Source: Dehalococcoidia bacterium (lineage in GTDB: Bacteria > Chloroflexota > Dehalococcoidia > Bin125). From it: DNA of 64,000 nt. Below the pieces are notes generated by a model. The model was not told the origin of the DNA. It ran no database searches and worked only from the letters and a program-made list of their open reading frames with translations. Position numbers and translations under genes: made by a program. The DNA is taken from NCBI GenBank assembly GCA_963662615.2, contig CAXXSR010000001.1, positions 320,001 to 384,000 of the forward strand, written 5' to 3'. Shown here piece after piece: positions 31,920 to 40,987 of the stretch (within the stretch, counting starts at the first letter, position 1; every line of letters starts with the position of its first letter).

Positions 31920-32216
31920 ATGGATGTTCAGTTCGCAGACAACGATCTGGAGCGCCTGGAAGTCGATGTCGGATACACGGGCGGCTTTCCGCCAGCGCTG
32001 GTCAAGGTCTTGCGGAGGCGAATGCAGTTCATCCGAGACGCCCATGACGAGCGAGACTTCTACGCGATGAAGTCGTTGTATTTCGAGAGGTTGAAAGGGC
32101 GGCGGCGCGGCGAGTATTCGATGCGTCTCAATGATCAGATGAGGCTGATTGTGCGTTTGGATGCGCGCTCTGAAAGCAAGACGGTGGTGATCGTTGGAGT
32201 TGAGGATTACCACTGA
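31920..32216 (+). CDS. higB: HigB/RelE family toxin (plasmid maintenance killer-like)
   Basis: SLYFERLKGRRRGEYSMRLNDQMRL...EDYH. Confidence 0.88.
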   Translation: MDVQFADNDLERLEVDVGYTGGFPPALVKVLRRRMQFIRDAHDERDFYAMKSLYFERLKGRRRGEYSMRLNDQMRLIVRLDARSESKTVVIVGVEDYH

Positions 32217-32233
32217 AGGTTAGGAGGCGGCCG

Positions 32234-33379
32234 ATGACCGATACGCCAGCAGCCGAAACCTTCGCGCCGGGCGAGTACATTCGCGAGGAGCTGGAGGCTC
32301 GCGGTTGGACGCAGACCGATCTCGCGGAGATTCTGGGTCGCCCCTTCCGTGTCGTGAACGAAATCATCGGCGGCAAGCGGCGCATCACACCCGAAACCGC
32401 CAAAGGGCTCAGCGATGCGTTCGGCACGACCCCGCAGCTTTGGTTGAACCTCGAAGCGACACATCAGCTTGCGCAGATCGATGCGCCGGATCGCGATGTC
32501 GCACGGCGCGCGTTGCTGTACACAATGGCCCCGATCAAGCCGATGGTGAAACGGCGCTGGATCGAGCACTCCGACGACGCGGAGATTCTTGAGCAGCGCC
32601 TGGTCGAGTTCTTCGAAATCAACGACATGAGCGAGACACCCGAGTTCTGGACACACGCTGCGCGGAAATCGACGCAATACGGCGAAGTTACCCCAGAGCA
32701 ACTGGCCTGGTTGTTTAGGGCCAGGCAGCTTGCGTCCGCGATACCGGTGAAGTCGTTCTCGGCATCAAAGCTTGAGAAGGCGACCGGTGAGCTGCGCATC
32801 GCCGCCGAGCACATTGAGGAGATTCGCCGAGTGCCAACCATCTTGGCTGAGGCGGGTGTGCGGCTCCTGATCGTGGAGCCACTGCCGATGTCGCGTATCG
32901 ACGGGGCGTGCTTCTGGCTGACCCGGCGGTCGCCGGTTGTGGTCCTATCGCTGCGCTTCGACCGCCTTGACTACTTCTGGCACACGCTCATGCATGAACT
33001 TGGGCACGTGTACAACCGAGATGGCCTGGACAACGACCATAGGGCTCTTGACCTCAATTTACTCAGTCCGAGCAACGTGGATCCGGACGAACGACCGGAG
33101 TTCGAACAGGCTGCGGATGAGTTCGCGGTAGCGGCGCTGATCTCGCAGGACAGCCTGGACGACTTCATCCTCCGAACGAAACCGCTCTACGCAAAGAAGA
33201 AGATCAGAGCCTTCGCGAAGCTGGCGCAGGTTCATCCGGGGATCATTGTTGGACAACTCCAGCATCGCGGCGAGATCAGCTACGCCCACAGTCGCGAGAT
33301 GCTGGAGAAGGTGCGAAGCGTCATCACGCAGGTCACGCTCACGGATGGCTGGGGCCAGGAGCTGCCCTCAACCGTGTGA
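32234..33379 (+). CDS. higA: HigA family antitoxin fused to ImmA/IrrE-type Zn metallopeptidase
   Basis: PGEYIREELEARGWTQTDLAEILG..KRRITPETA..WLNLE; IDGACFW, HTLMHELGH, EQAADEFA. Confidence 0.88.
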   Translation: MTDTPAAETFAPGEYIREELEARGWTQTDLAEILGRPFRVVNEIIGGKRRITPETAKGLSDAFGTTPQLWLNLEATHQLAQIDAPDRDVARRALLYTMAPIKPMVKRRWIEHSDDAEILEQRLVEFFEINDMSETPEFWTHAARKSTQYGEVTPEQLAWLFRARQLASAIPVKSFSASKLEKATGELRIAAEHIEEIRRVPTILAEAGVRLLIVEPLPMSRIDGACFWLTRRSPVVVLSLRFDRLDYFWHTLMHELGHVYNRDGLDNDHRALDLNLLSPSNVDPDERPEFEQAADEFAVAALISQDSLDDFILRTKPLYAKKKIRAFAKLAQVHPGIIVGQLQHRGEISYAHSREMLEKVRSVITQVTLTDGWGQELPSTV

Positions 33380-33398
33380 GCGGGAAGGGACCGGTCAG

Positions 33399-33878
33399 AT
33401 GCCGAACACCAAGACGAATGCCTGGCATGCCCATCAGCAGATCGTGCACGACTACCAGGACTCTGGACTCCCGTGGCCCGCGACAGCGAGGCAGATCGCA
33501 TCCTTTGCGATCGAAACTGACCGGTGGCGCCCGCAGCACTCACTGCTTGTCGGGCAATGTGCTGAAGAGCTCTCTAGGGCCATGCGGGAGGAGTATTTCA
33601 TTGACCCGCAAGGCCGCTCCGTCAGGGCAAAGCACGCTGTCCGCACCAAGAAGGACGGTCACCAGGTATCCCTCTGGGGTGACTGGCGCACGGCTCCCCG
33701 TGAGTTCATGCAGGCCGCGTTCGCCCAGCGTCGCCAGCAGATCGTCGGGGATTGCCATCGCCTGAAGATCGATGTGGATAGCTATAACGAAAACCGCTCC
33801 CCAGAGCAGCCGATCCAGATGGTCTTCGACTTCAGCGATGACCTAGCGGAGCTCAAGGCCTTTGACGAAGCGAGCTAG
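33399..33878 (+). CDS. hypothetical protein in the higBA operon
   Basis: RBS GGAAGG; co-oriented, 19 nt after higA; lower GC than flanks. Confidence 0.7.
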   Translation: MPNTKTNAWHAHQQIVHDYQDSGLPWPATARQIASFAIETDRWRPQHSLLVGQCAEELSRAMREEYFIDPQGRSVRAKHAVRTKKDGHQVSLWGDWRTAPREFMQAAFAQRRQQIVGDCHRLKIDVDSYNENRSPEQPIQMVFDFSDDLAELKAFDEAS

Positions 33879-34111
33879 GGCGCTTCTCGCTTCGTCCACC
33901 GCGCCCGCGCCGCTCGCTGCGGGAACTTCGACCGCTGCTTCTTGCTCAGCTTCGCCGCCCGCGCTGGCCCGCCCTTCTTGCCGCCCAGCCGGCCGAGCAG
34001 CCGGGCGGCATTCTTCGCCTTGTCCGGCGTGGCCTCCGGCTCCTCGTTGGTCACCTGGCGGATGGCGGGAGCGGGCGGCGGCGGTCGTTGCGGCGGGTCG
34101 GCGGAAGGCAT
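33875..34111 (-). CDS. small basic KGG-motif protein
   Basis: LGRLGGKKGGPARAAKLSKKQRS..AARARW; RBS GAGGT. Confidence 0.65.
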   Translation of the reverse strand: MPSADPPQRPPPPAPAIRQVTNEEPEATPDKAKNAARLLGRLGGKKGGPARAAKLSKKQRSKFPQRAARARWTKREAP

Positions 34112-34164
34112 GCGCTGCTCAACCTCATTTCCGTGCGCGCCGGTTCGGAAGCAGGCCCTGCCAG

Positions 34165-34821
34165 CTACAGCTCCACGGGCGTGCGGCTGGCGAAGCGGTA
34201 GAGGCGCGCTGGCCGGTGTGGGCCCGCTTTGACGGTGCGGTTGGTCGCGACGAGCAGATCGGAGGCGAGCATGCGTCGGCGGAAGTTTCGCTTGTCGAGG
34301 TGGCGGCCGAGGATGCTGGCATAGACGTCTTGCAGCTGCGTGAGGGTGAAGAACTCCGGCAAGAGGCTGTAGGCGGCGTTGGTGTACTCCAGCTTGTTGA
34401 TGAGCCGCCGGCGGGCGGTCTCCAGCACGCGATCGTTGTGCAGGGCCAGGACCGGCAGGTCCGACATGGAGAACCAGGCGGGCCGCCAGGCCGAGCGTTG
34501 GGCCAAGCGGACGCGGTCGTGGCTGACCAGGGCGAAATAGGTCGCCGCCACCGAGCCGCCCGGCGACGTCTCATCGAGGTCGCTGAAGGTGTAGAGCTGC
34601 TCCAAGAACACATCCGTGACGCCGGTCTCCTCGGCCAGCTTGCGGATGGCGGCGCCCTCCAGGGACTCGTCCAGGGCGAGGGCGCCGCCGGGAATGGCCC
34701 AGGTGCCCTCGTCCGGGGGGGCGGAGCGGTGAATGAGGAGGACGCGCAGGTCGCCCTCCACGACGCTGAAGATGACAACGAGGGCGGCGACCGTGGGCCG
34801 GGAGGCGGCTCTGCGGGGCAT
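34165..34821 (-). CDS. nrtR: NrtR family regulator (NUDIX + winged HTH); in frame with upstream miaB as sequenced
   Basis: WAIPGG, LEQLYTF, FTLTQLQDVY, LDKRNFRR, HRPARLY; own ATG at 34821. Confidence 0.88.
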   Translation of the reverse strand: MPRRAASRPTVAALVVIFSVVEGDLRVLLIHRSAPPDEGTWAIPGGALALDESLEGAAIRKLAEETGVTDVFLEQLYTFSDLDETSPGGSVAATYFALVSHDRVRLAQRSAWRPAWFSMSDLPVLALHNDRVLETARRRLINKLEYTNAAYSLLPEFFTLTQLQDVYASILGRHLDKRNFRRRMLASDLLVATNRTVKAGPHRPARLYRFASRTPVEL

Positions 34822-36318
34822 GGCGATCAGCGAGTGACGCCGGCTCCCTCGCCGCGGGGGGAGCGCTCGTCGGGTGCGGGGGCGTCGGGTGCGGAGGCGT
34901 CGGGTGCGGAGGCGTCGGGTGCGGAGGCGTCGGGTGCGGAGGCGTGCGAGTTGCCCTTGCAGCGCCCAGGGACCGGCCTGCGTCACGCGCACGTCCACCA
35001 AGGAGCCGATGGGGACGGCGTCGCGCGGCGCGTCGAAGTGGACCAGCTTGGCGCCGCGGGTGCGTCCGGTCAGCCGCTCCAGGCCGGCGCGATCGCCCGC
35101 CTTGCGCTCCTCCACCAGCACCTCCACGACATGGGCCTGCAGGGCCGAGTTGATCTCGTAGGCGATCCCTCGTTGCAGATCCTCAACGGCGTGGAGCCGC
35201 TGCATCTTGACCTCCTGGGGCACGTCGTCGGGCTGATTGCGCTCGGCGAAGGTGCCGGCGCGAGGGCTGTAGGCGGCGACGTGGACCTTGTCGAAGCGGA
35301 GCCGTGCCAGCAGGTCGTGGCTGCGCCGGAACTGCGCTTCACTCTCGCCGGGAAAGCCGACGATCACGTCGGTGCTGATCCCCGCCGCCGGCATCAGGCG
35401 CCGGACCCGCTGCACCCGCTCGACGAACTGCGAGACGGAGTAGCCCCGGCGCATGGCGGTGAGGATCTCGTCGTCGCCGGACTGGACCGGGAGCGAGAAG
35501 GAGTCGCACACCTTGGGCAGCGAGGCCATGCCCTCCAGGATGCGGTCCGTCATGTCGGGCGGGTAGGAGGTGAGGGCGCGGATGCGGTGGAGGCCGGGCA
35601 GGTCGTGGATGGCGGCCATGAGGTCGAAGAGATCGGCGTGGGCGGTGGCGGCGTCGACGGGGGGCTGGTCCTTGCCGTAGGCCTCCACGGTCTGGCCCAG
35701 CAGGGTGACCTCGCGGGCGCCGCGGGCGACGTGCGCCTCGACCTCGCGCTTGACCTCGTCGATGGGGCGGCTGCGCTCGCGGCCGCGCCGCAGCGGGACG
35801 ATGCAGTAGGTGCAGAACTTGTCGCAGCCTTCGATCACGGGGACGAAGGCGGTGGGTTTGGCGCCGGTGGGCTTGGCGCCGGCGGGCTCTGTTTCTGCTG
35901 ACGGTGTGTCTGCCGACTGTGTTTCTCCAGAAAGCGCCGCGGGCCAGAACTCACCGCCGAGGTCTTGGTCGGGGAGATCGAGGACGGCGATGACGTCGTC
36001 GAAGCGCTGCGGCTGCGCGAAGACGTCGACGTAGGGGAAGCGTTCTTGTAGCTGCTGGGTGCGGGGGCCGACCATGCAGCCCATGACCGCGATCTTGAGG
36101 GCGGGGTTGCGCCGCTTGAGGTAGGCCATGGCGTCCAGCTTGGCGGCGGCACGGTCCTCCGCCTGCTGACGCACGGCGCAGGTGTTGACGACGATGAAGT
36201 CGGCGTCGTCGGGGCGGTCGGTGGCGTCCCAGCCCAAGCGGCGCAGCCCGGCGGCCAGCTTGCCGCTGTCGGCCATGTTGACCTGGCAGCCCACGGTCCA
36301 AATGTGATACGTGCTCAT
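34165..36318 (-). CDS. miaB: tRNA-2-methylthio-N6-dimethylallyladenosine synthase MiaB, reading through into NrtR
   Basis: TVGCQVN, NTCAVR, GCDKFCTYC radical-SAM motif, IVGFPGE, TRAM domain ending ~34960. Confidence 0.9.
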   Translation of the reverse strand: MSTYHIWTVGCQVNMADSGKLAAGLRRLGWDATDRPDDADFIVVNTCAVRQQAEDRAAAKLDAMAYLKRRNPALKIAVMGCMVGPRTQQLQERFPYVDVFAQPQRFDDVIAVLDLPDQDLGGEFWPAALSGETQSADTPSAETEPAGAKPTGAKPTAFVPVIEGCDKFCTYCIVPLRRGRERSRPIDEVKREVEAHVARGAREVTLLGQTVEAYGKDQPPVDAATAHADLFDLMAAIHDLPGLHRIRALTSYPPDMTDRILEGMASLPKVCDSFSLPVQSGDDEILTAMRRGYSVSQFVERVQRVRRLMPAAGISTDVIVGFPGESEAQFRRSHDLLARLRFDKVHVAAYSPRAGTFAERNQPDDVPQEVKMQRLHAVEDLQRGIAYEINSALQAHVVEVLVEERKAGDRAGLERLTGRTRGAKLVHFDAPRDAVPIGSLVDVRVTQAGPWALQGQLARLRTRRLRTRRLRTRRLRTRRPRTRRALPPRRGSRRHSLIAMPRRAASRPTVAALVVIFSVVEGDLRVLLIHRSAPPDEGTWAIPGGALALDESLEGAAIRKLAEETGVTDVFLEQLYTFSDLDETSPGGSVAATYFALVSHDRVRLAQRSAWRPAWFSMSDLPVLALHNDRVLETARRRLINKLEYTNAAYSLLPEFFTLTQLQDVYASILGRHLDKRNFRRRMLASDLLVATNRTVKAGPHRPARLYRFASRTPVEL
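34868..34945. repeat. ~5 x 15-bp tandem repeat in the miaB-nrtR linker
   Basis: (GCGTCGGGTGCGGAG)n. Confidence 0.9.
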
Positions 36319-36354
36319 GGCGTCCTTGTGGAGCCGCCCCGCGGGGCAGGACGG

Positions 36355-36458
36355 GCCCTTCGATAGGCTCCTTCTGCTGCGCGAAGGACAGGTCAGGGTG
36401 AGCGGATGACCTCACCGCCCGACCCCCTCTCCATCGCAGCGCGTTGGAGAGGGGGAGG
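36355..36458 (+). repeat. REP-like unit plus CCCCTCTCC..GGAGAGGGG palindrome
   Basis: Same motifs recur at 41650, 42290, 45633 and 55675. Confidence 0.7.
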
Positions 36459-36515
36459 TGGACATCAACCTTCGGCCCGCCGGCAAGTGCAGGACAGGCG
36501 GAAGCGCGTCGCCGC

Positions 36516-36605
36516 TGGCGGAGGGTGAGGGATTCGAACCCTCGACCGGGTTACCCCGGAACCCGCTTAGCAGGCGGGCGCACTAGGCCACTATGCGAAC
36601 CCTCC
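36516..36605 (-). tRNA. tRNA-Ser (GCT)
   Basis: GGAGGGTT..CCCGC-CTGCTAA-GCGGG anticodon arm, long variable arm, GGTTCGAATCC, encoded CCA. Confidence 0.96.
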
Positions 36606-36736
36606 GCCGCGATCCTACCAGTGCGTGTACCAGCGCGCGGCGCAGGTCGGTCGAACGGCGGCGGCGGCGCCAGCGGTCGCAGAGGGGCCGTGTTGCGGGA
36701 TCAAACGGCAGCTACCATGCGGGGCGGGAGGCGCGT

Positions 36737-37510
36737 GTGGTCCGAAATCCTATCGTGGCGCTCGCGGGTCGCCGCCGACTGGGGGCGGTCGCCATTGTGA
36801 CGCTGGCCGCGATCCTGGTCGGCGCTTGCGGCGGCGATGACGGAGCGGCGCCCTCGCAGGCAGCGCCCGAGCCGGCAGTGCCCGCGCCGGCGGCGGCGGC
36901 CGTTGAGCGCGTGACCCTGCGGACCGACGACGGCGTCACAATCGTGGGTGAGGTGCGACGCGGCGACGCGGTGTGGCTGCTGCTGGGCCATCAGAACGGC
37001 CGCGATCGGCGGGCGTGGGAGCCGCTGGCGCAGCCGCTCCACGCCGACGGCTTCAGCGTCCTGGCCTGGGACTTCCGCGGCTTCGGCGAGTCCGACGACG
37101 GCGAATTGGGCGACATCTGGGTCGATTGGCTGGCGGCGATCGACTTCGCCGTCGCGGAGGGGGCGACGACGGTGGTCGCGGTAGGGGCGAGCATGGGCGG
37201 CACCGCTGTGATGACGGCGGCGGTGCGCGAGGCGGTCACCGGGGTGGTGATGATCTCGGCGCCGAAGGAGTTTCAGGGGCTGGACGCGGTGGCGAGAGCG
37301 GGCCGGGTCAAGGCGCCGCTGCTCTTGATTGCGGGAAACGACGACGGGGACGCGGTGGAGGACGCCGAGGAGATCGAGGCGGCGGCCGCGGGCACGGCGC
37401 AAGTGGAGGTTTTGGACACCGGTTTGCACGGCAACGCTCTGGCGGCGTCGAACGAGTTCCGGGAGCGGATCTTGGAATTGGTTCGCGGCTTCGTGGCGGA
37501 CGTGCGGTGA
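36737..37510 (+). CDS. alpha/beta hydrolase lipoprotein
   Basis: RRR + hydrophobic stretch + LVGAC lipobox; DFRGFG, GASMGG, HG. Confidence 0.8.
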   Translation: MVRNPIVALAGRRRLGAVAIVTLAAILVGACGGDDGAAPSQAAPEPAVPAPAAAAVERVTLRTDDGVTIVGEVRRGDAVWLLLGHQNGRDRRAWEPLAQPLHADGFSVLAWDFRGFGESDDGELGDIWVDWLAAIDFAVAEGATTVVAVGASMGGTAVMTAAVREAVTGVVMISAPKEFQGLDAVARAGRVKAPLLLIAGNDDGDAVEDAEEIEAAAAGTAQVEVLDTGLHGNALAASNEFRERILELVRGFVADVR

Positions 37511-37561
37511 CGGCAGCGCAGTGGGCGGGCGCGGGCGGCGTGACGGGGCCAGAGGAGTGCG

Positions 37562-38044
37562 ATGCAGGTCAGCGCTGAAGTGGTCATCCAGCGACCGGTC
37601 GCGGAGGTGTTCGCGTACGTGGCGGACCTGCAGAACGCGGTGGAATGGGCCCCGGGGGTGCTGGAGGCCGCCCGGACTCGGGGGGAGCCGGGAGAGCGCG
37701 GGACGATCTACGACATGCTGGTGCGGGAAGGGAAGCGGTCCGTCGCATATCGCATGCAGGTGCTGGAGGTTGAAGTGGATCGTCGCTTCAGGTACCGCGC
37801 CAGCAACGAGCAGGCGGGGGCGCGGGGAGGAGATACGATCTACGACTTCGCCGGCGCCGGTCGCGATACGAGAGTGAGGCGGACGACGCTGTGGGAGGCG
37901 CCGCCGCTGGTGCGCGCGTTCGCGCCGCTGATCGAGTGGCGGGCGCGGCGGCCGGTGTGGCGGCACCTGGACGAGCTGAAGCGGCATCTGGAGTCGGGCG
38001 GGGGCGCCGGTGGCGGCAGTGGAACGAGCGAGCGGCAAGACTGA
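37562..38044 (+). CDS. SRPBCC family protein
   Basis: IQRPVAEVFAYVADLQN..W; C-terminal helix LKRHLE. Confidence 0.8.
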   Translation: MQVSAEVVIQRPVAEVFAYVADLQNAVEWAPGVLEAARTRGEPGERGTIYDMLVREGKRSVAYRMQVLEVEVDRRFRYRASNEQAGARGGDTIYDFAGAGRDTRVRRTTLWEAPPLVRAFAPLIEWRARRPVWRHLDELKRHLESGGGAGGGSGTSERQD

Positions 38045-38062
38045 CGAAGTCGAGGTGCGGCG

Positions 38063-39181
38063 ATGACGGTGATCCGGGCGGCGTTGTGGCGGATGGCGGT
38101 GATGGTATTGCTGCCGGCGACGGTGGCGACTGTGACGGTGGCGTCTGGGACGGTGGCGTCTGGGACGGTGGCGCCGGTGGCGGCGCAGGAGGGCGAGGGC
38201 CCGGCCGAGCTGGCGACCGATCTGGTTCCACCCTGGAATTTCGTGACGGCGACGGAGGCTGGGTCGGTCGATGAAGTTTTCACCGGGACCGTATACGTGG
38301 AGGCCGTGTTCCGGTGGGACGCGTCGCGGGAGGCGTTTGACAGCTGGCAGAAGGCGTTGCCGGCGTCGCTGAATTCGTTGCCGTCGGTGGAGCGCGGCGA
38401 CGCGCTGTGGGTACGAGTGGGCCTGGCGGAGACGTGGCGGCAGGCGGATGCGCCGGCAGCGCGCCCTGTCGATTTCGTTCAAGGCTGGAATACCTTCGGC
38501 TGGACGGGGCCGAATAGCGGCGCGAGCGAAGTGGCGTCGCTGCTGGGCGCCGACGTGGTGATCGGCTACGACGCGGCGTCGCAGGCGTTTCTGCGCTACG
38601 CGGTGGAGGGGCCGTCGTTTCTCAACAGCTTGGTGACGGTGCGTCATGGTGACGGGCTGTGGGCGTTCCTGAGCGCGCCCGGCAGCGCGACGATCCCGGC
38701 CTCGGGCGCGCCCAGCGCCAACGGCGACGTGATAGAAGAGGAGCCGGTGCCCATGGAGTTGACCAGCGCGGCCTTCGGTCCCAATGAGACGATCCCGTCG
38801 CAGTACACGTGTGACGGCGCCGATCTGTCGCCGCCGCTGACGCTGTCGGGCATTCCCGCCGACGCGGTGAGCCTGGCCCTGATCATGGACGACCCCGACG
38901 CGCCGGGCGGGACGTGGGTGCACTGGGTGGAGTTCAACATCGCGCCGCGGACGCAGATCCCAACGGGCGCGGGCGTGCTGGGGACGCAGGGGCGCAACAG
39001 CTTCGGCACGACGGGCTACGGCGGCCCGTGCCCGCCGTCGGGGACGCATCGCTATTTCTTCACGGTGTACGCCCTCTCGGCGGAGCTGGAGCTGGCCGGG
39101 GGCGCGACCAAGGCGCAGGTGCTGGCGGCGATGGAGGGGCTGGTGCTGGCGCAGGCGGAGCTGATCGGGCTCTTTCGCTAA
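38063..39181 (+). CDS. secreted YbhB/YbcL (PEBP) protein with extra N-terminal domain
   Basis: Signal peptide; DDPDAPGGTWVHW, GYGGPCPPSGTHRY. Confidence 0.88.
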   Translation: MTVIRAALWRMAVMVLLPATVATVTVASGTVASGTVAPVAAQEGEGPAELATDLVPPWNFVTATEAGSVDEVFTGTVYVEAVFRWDASREAFDSWQKALPASLNSLPSVERGDALWVRVGLAETWRQADAPAARPVDFVQGWNTFGWTGPNSGASEVASLLGADVVIGYDAASQAFLRYAVEGPSFLNSLVTVRHGDGLWAFLSAPGSATIPASGAPSANGDVIEEEPVPMELTSAAFGPNETIPSQYTCDGADLSPPLTLSGIPADAVSLALIMDDPDAPGGTWVHWVEFNIAPRTQIPTGAGVLGTQGRNSFGTTGYGGPCPPSGTHRYFFTVYALSAELELAGGATKAQVLAAMEGLVLAQAELIGLFR

Positions 39182-39686
39182 TTGTTAATGTTGGCCGTCG
39201 CGGCGTCGGGGCGGGGTTCGCGTGGCGCGTAGCGCCGGCGGGGTTCTTTTGTGTCTCCTTCGATCGGTGCGGCTCCAGATGGGGGTGGGCCCTTGTGTGT
39301 GTCGCGGTTGTCGGGAGGGGGACAGAAAGGGACAGGTTGCGGACAGGATCGGGCCGGGGAGGGGACGGGGGCGGGACGCCGAGCGCGTCCAGGAGGGTCC
39401 CAAGTGGAGTGGGCAGTGCGCGGGGCGCGGCGGGGACGGGGAGGGGCCAGGCCCGCTCCAGGAGCCGGCGGGCGTGGAGGAGGTCGCGGGTGGCGGCGTC
39501 GGTCTGGATCCGGGCGAGGCGGTCGAGGTCGCGGGTGATGGTGCGCTCGCTGACGTGGAGGGCGCGGGCGATGGCACATCGGGTCCAGCGGCGGCGTCGG
39601 AGGGCGTGGACGCGCTCGAGTCGGGTGAGGAGGGGGCGGTCGGTGTGCCAGGCGGGGCGGCCGTGGGGGTGGAAGGTTGGCAGCAT
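39060..39686 (-). CDS. HTH-domain hypothetical protein (3' end uncertain)
   Basis: WTRCAIARALHVSERTITRDL HTH; TGcTATACT 5 nt upstream of the ATG; Pro-rich tail overlaps the neighbouring gene. Confidence 0.5.
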   Translation of the reverse strand: MLPTFHPHGRPAWHTDRPLLTRLERVHALRRRRWTRCAIARALHVSERTITRDLDRLARIQTDAATRDLLHARRLLERAWPLPVPAAPRALPTPLGTLLDALGVPPPSPPRPDPVRNLSLSVPLPTTATHTRAHPHLEPHRSKETQKNPAGATRHANPAPTPRRPTLTISERARSAPPAPAPAPPSPPAPAPWSRPRPAPAPPRGRTP

Positions 39687-39828
39687 GGCTTAGTATAGCA
39701 CGCGCATCGCGGGTTGGGGAGGGGGGGGATCCCGAAGCGGCAGCTTGTGTGCGTGGCGCTGGCTAGCATTCGACGGAAGGGCGGCGTGTCCGGGACAAGT
39801 CGGCGTTGCCGGGGAGGCGTGGAGAAAC

Positions 39829-40497
39829 ATGGGGATCTTAGGAAGCCTTTTCGGACGCGGCGACCGCGGAGCTTCGGCCGTCCGAGTTCGGGGGGACGAA
39901 TTCCTGAGTCAGGTGTATGAAGAGGCGTACAGCAGTCTCGATGCAGGTGAAATCGAGGACGTGTACCGCGCGGCGATCTCTGGTAGCACCGTGGTGTCGA
40001 CGGGGTTGCTGGCCAATGATCCCCTTCTTGCTGAACTCTGGGGTGAAGGAAATCTCGTTAAGGCAAGAGCAATCATTGGGGTATGGACCTCGATCATCGC
40101 CCATATCCTTCTGCAGAATGAAGCGAATCAAGATGCGGTGGTCGAGGGCATTGGCAAGGCGACGGCGTCGCTGTTCGGAACGGAAGCTGGTGCAACATTG
40201 CGGGAGCTTCGGGCGTGCAGCATTCAGCACGTCGCAGACCAAGAGACGCGAAAATCACGAGGCGTCCCCAGCTATGAGTACAGCTTGATCTACCTGCGCT
40301 GCCTCAAAGCGCTGGGTAAGCAAGTGCCTGACTTCGGCGATATTCCCGTGCCGATCCCGTCGATGGCGGAGGTTTTTGCAAAGTTTCCGGGGATTTCGGG
40401 CGCAGATCTTGGTTTCGAGAGTGTGATGCTCATGCCGGCGATGATTGGGAGCGGTGCACGGACCGCGCGCGACATTTTCGATTCACTGCGGGCCTGA
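39829..40497 (+). CDS. hypothetical protein (lower GC)
   Basis: RBS GGAG before MGILGSLFG; normal globular composition. Confidence 0.65.
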   Translation: MGILGSLFGRGDRGASAVRVRGDEFLSQVYEEAYSSLDAGEIEDVYRAAISGSTVVSTGLLANDPLLAELWGEGNLVKARAIIGVWTSIIAHILLQNEANQDAVVEGIGKATASLFGTEAGATLRELRACSIQHVADQETRKSRGVPSYEYSLIYLRCLKALGKQVPDFGDIPVPIPSMAEVFAKFPGISGADLGFESVMLMPAMIGSGARTARDIFDSLRA

Positions 40498-40699
40498 CAA
40501 GAGAACGCTAATCGGGATAGCTCAAGTCACGTGAGGTCCTGACGGACGACAGCATTCACCGGACCCAGTGGCGTCGGGGGCGCAGGGAGCCGCAGGAGGC
40601 CTCCAGTGACCGCGTTTACGGTAGCGGACCCGCCGGTGGTCGACCGGCTTCGAGTCCGTGGGAACAGCGCGACCGTCCGGCCCGTTACGGAGACCTGCC

Positions 40700-40987
40700 T
40701 CATTCGCTCATGAGACGTCGGAACGGAGGATTGATGAGCATCATTAATGGCATGACGATGAAGTAGGCAAGCCCGCCAGCAAACGTCGCAAGAACTGGGC
40801 TGAATACGGCGAGCACCACGGTGAGTGGTACCGGGTCTGACACTGCTAGATAGATGAGAATTGCCAACACTCCGAGGCCAGCCGCGGCGTTGATTACCCA
40901 GACGACGATTAGCCCGGCTCCAGCAAAGAAACGGAAGGTGTCCTCGGTCATGCTTCCGCTCTTACCCCTATCCGTCTGGGCAGTCAT
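40700..40987 (-). CDS. small hypothetical membrane protein
   Basis: Two long hydrophobic segments; ATGA overlap with upstream ORF. Confidence 0.6.
   Translation of the reverse strand: MTAQTDRGKSGSMTEDTFRFFAGAGLIVVWVINAAAGLGVLAILIYLAVSDPVPLTVVLAVFSPVLATFAGGLAYFIVMPLMMLINPPFRRLMSE

Noticed and set aside
36460-36605. tRNA-Ser as an island integration site
   Set aside because: No integrase and no duplicated tRNA 3' end seen in the window; miaB follows directly.
40640-40665. tRNA-like fragment GGCTTCGAGTCC
   Set aside because: Only T-loop-like; no acceptor stem or cloverleaf.
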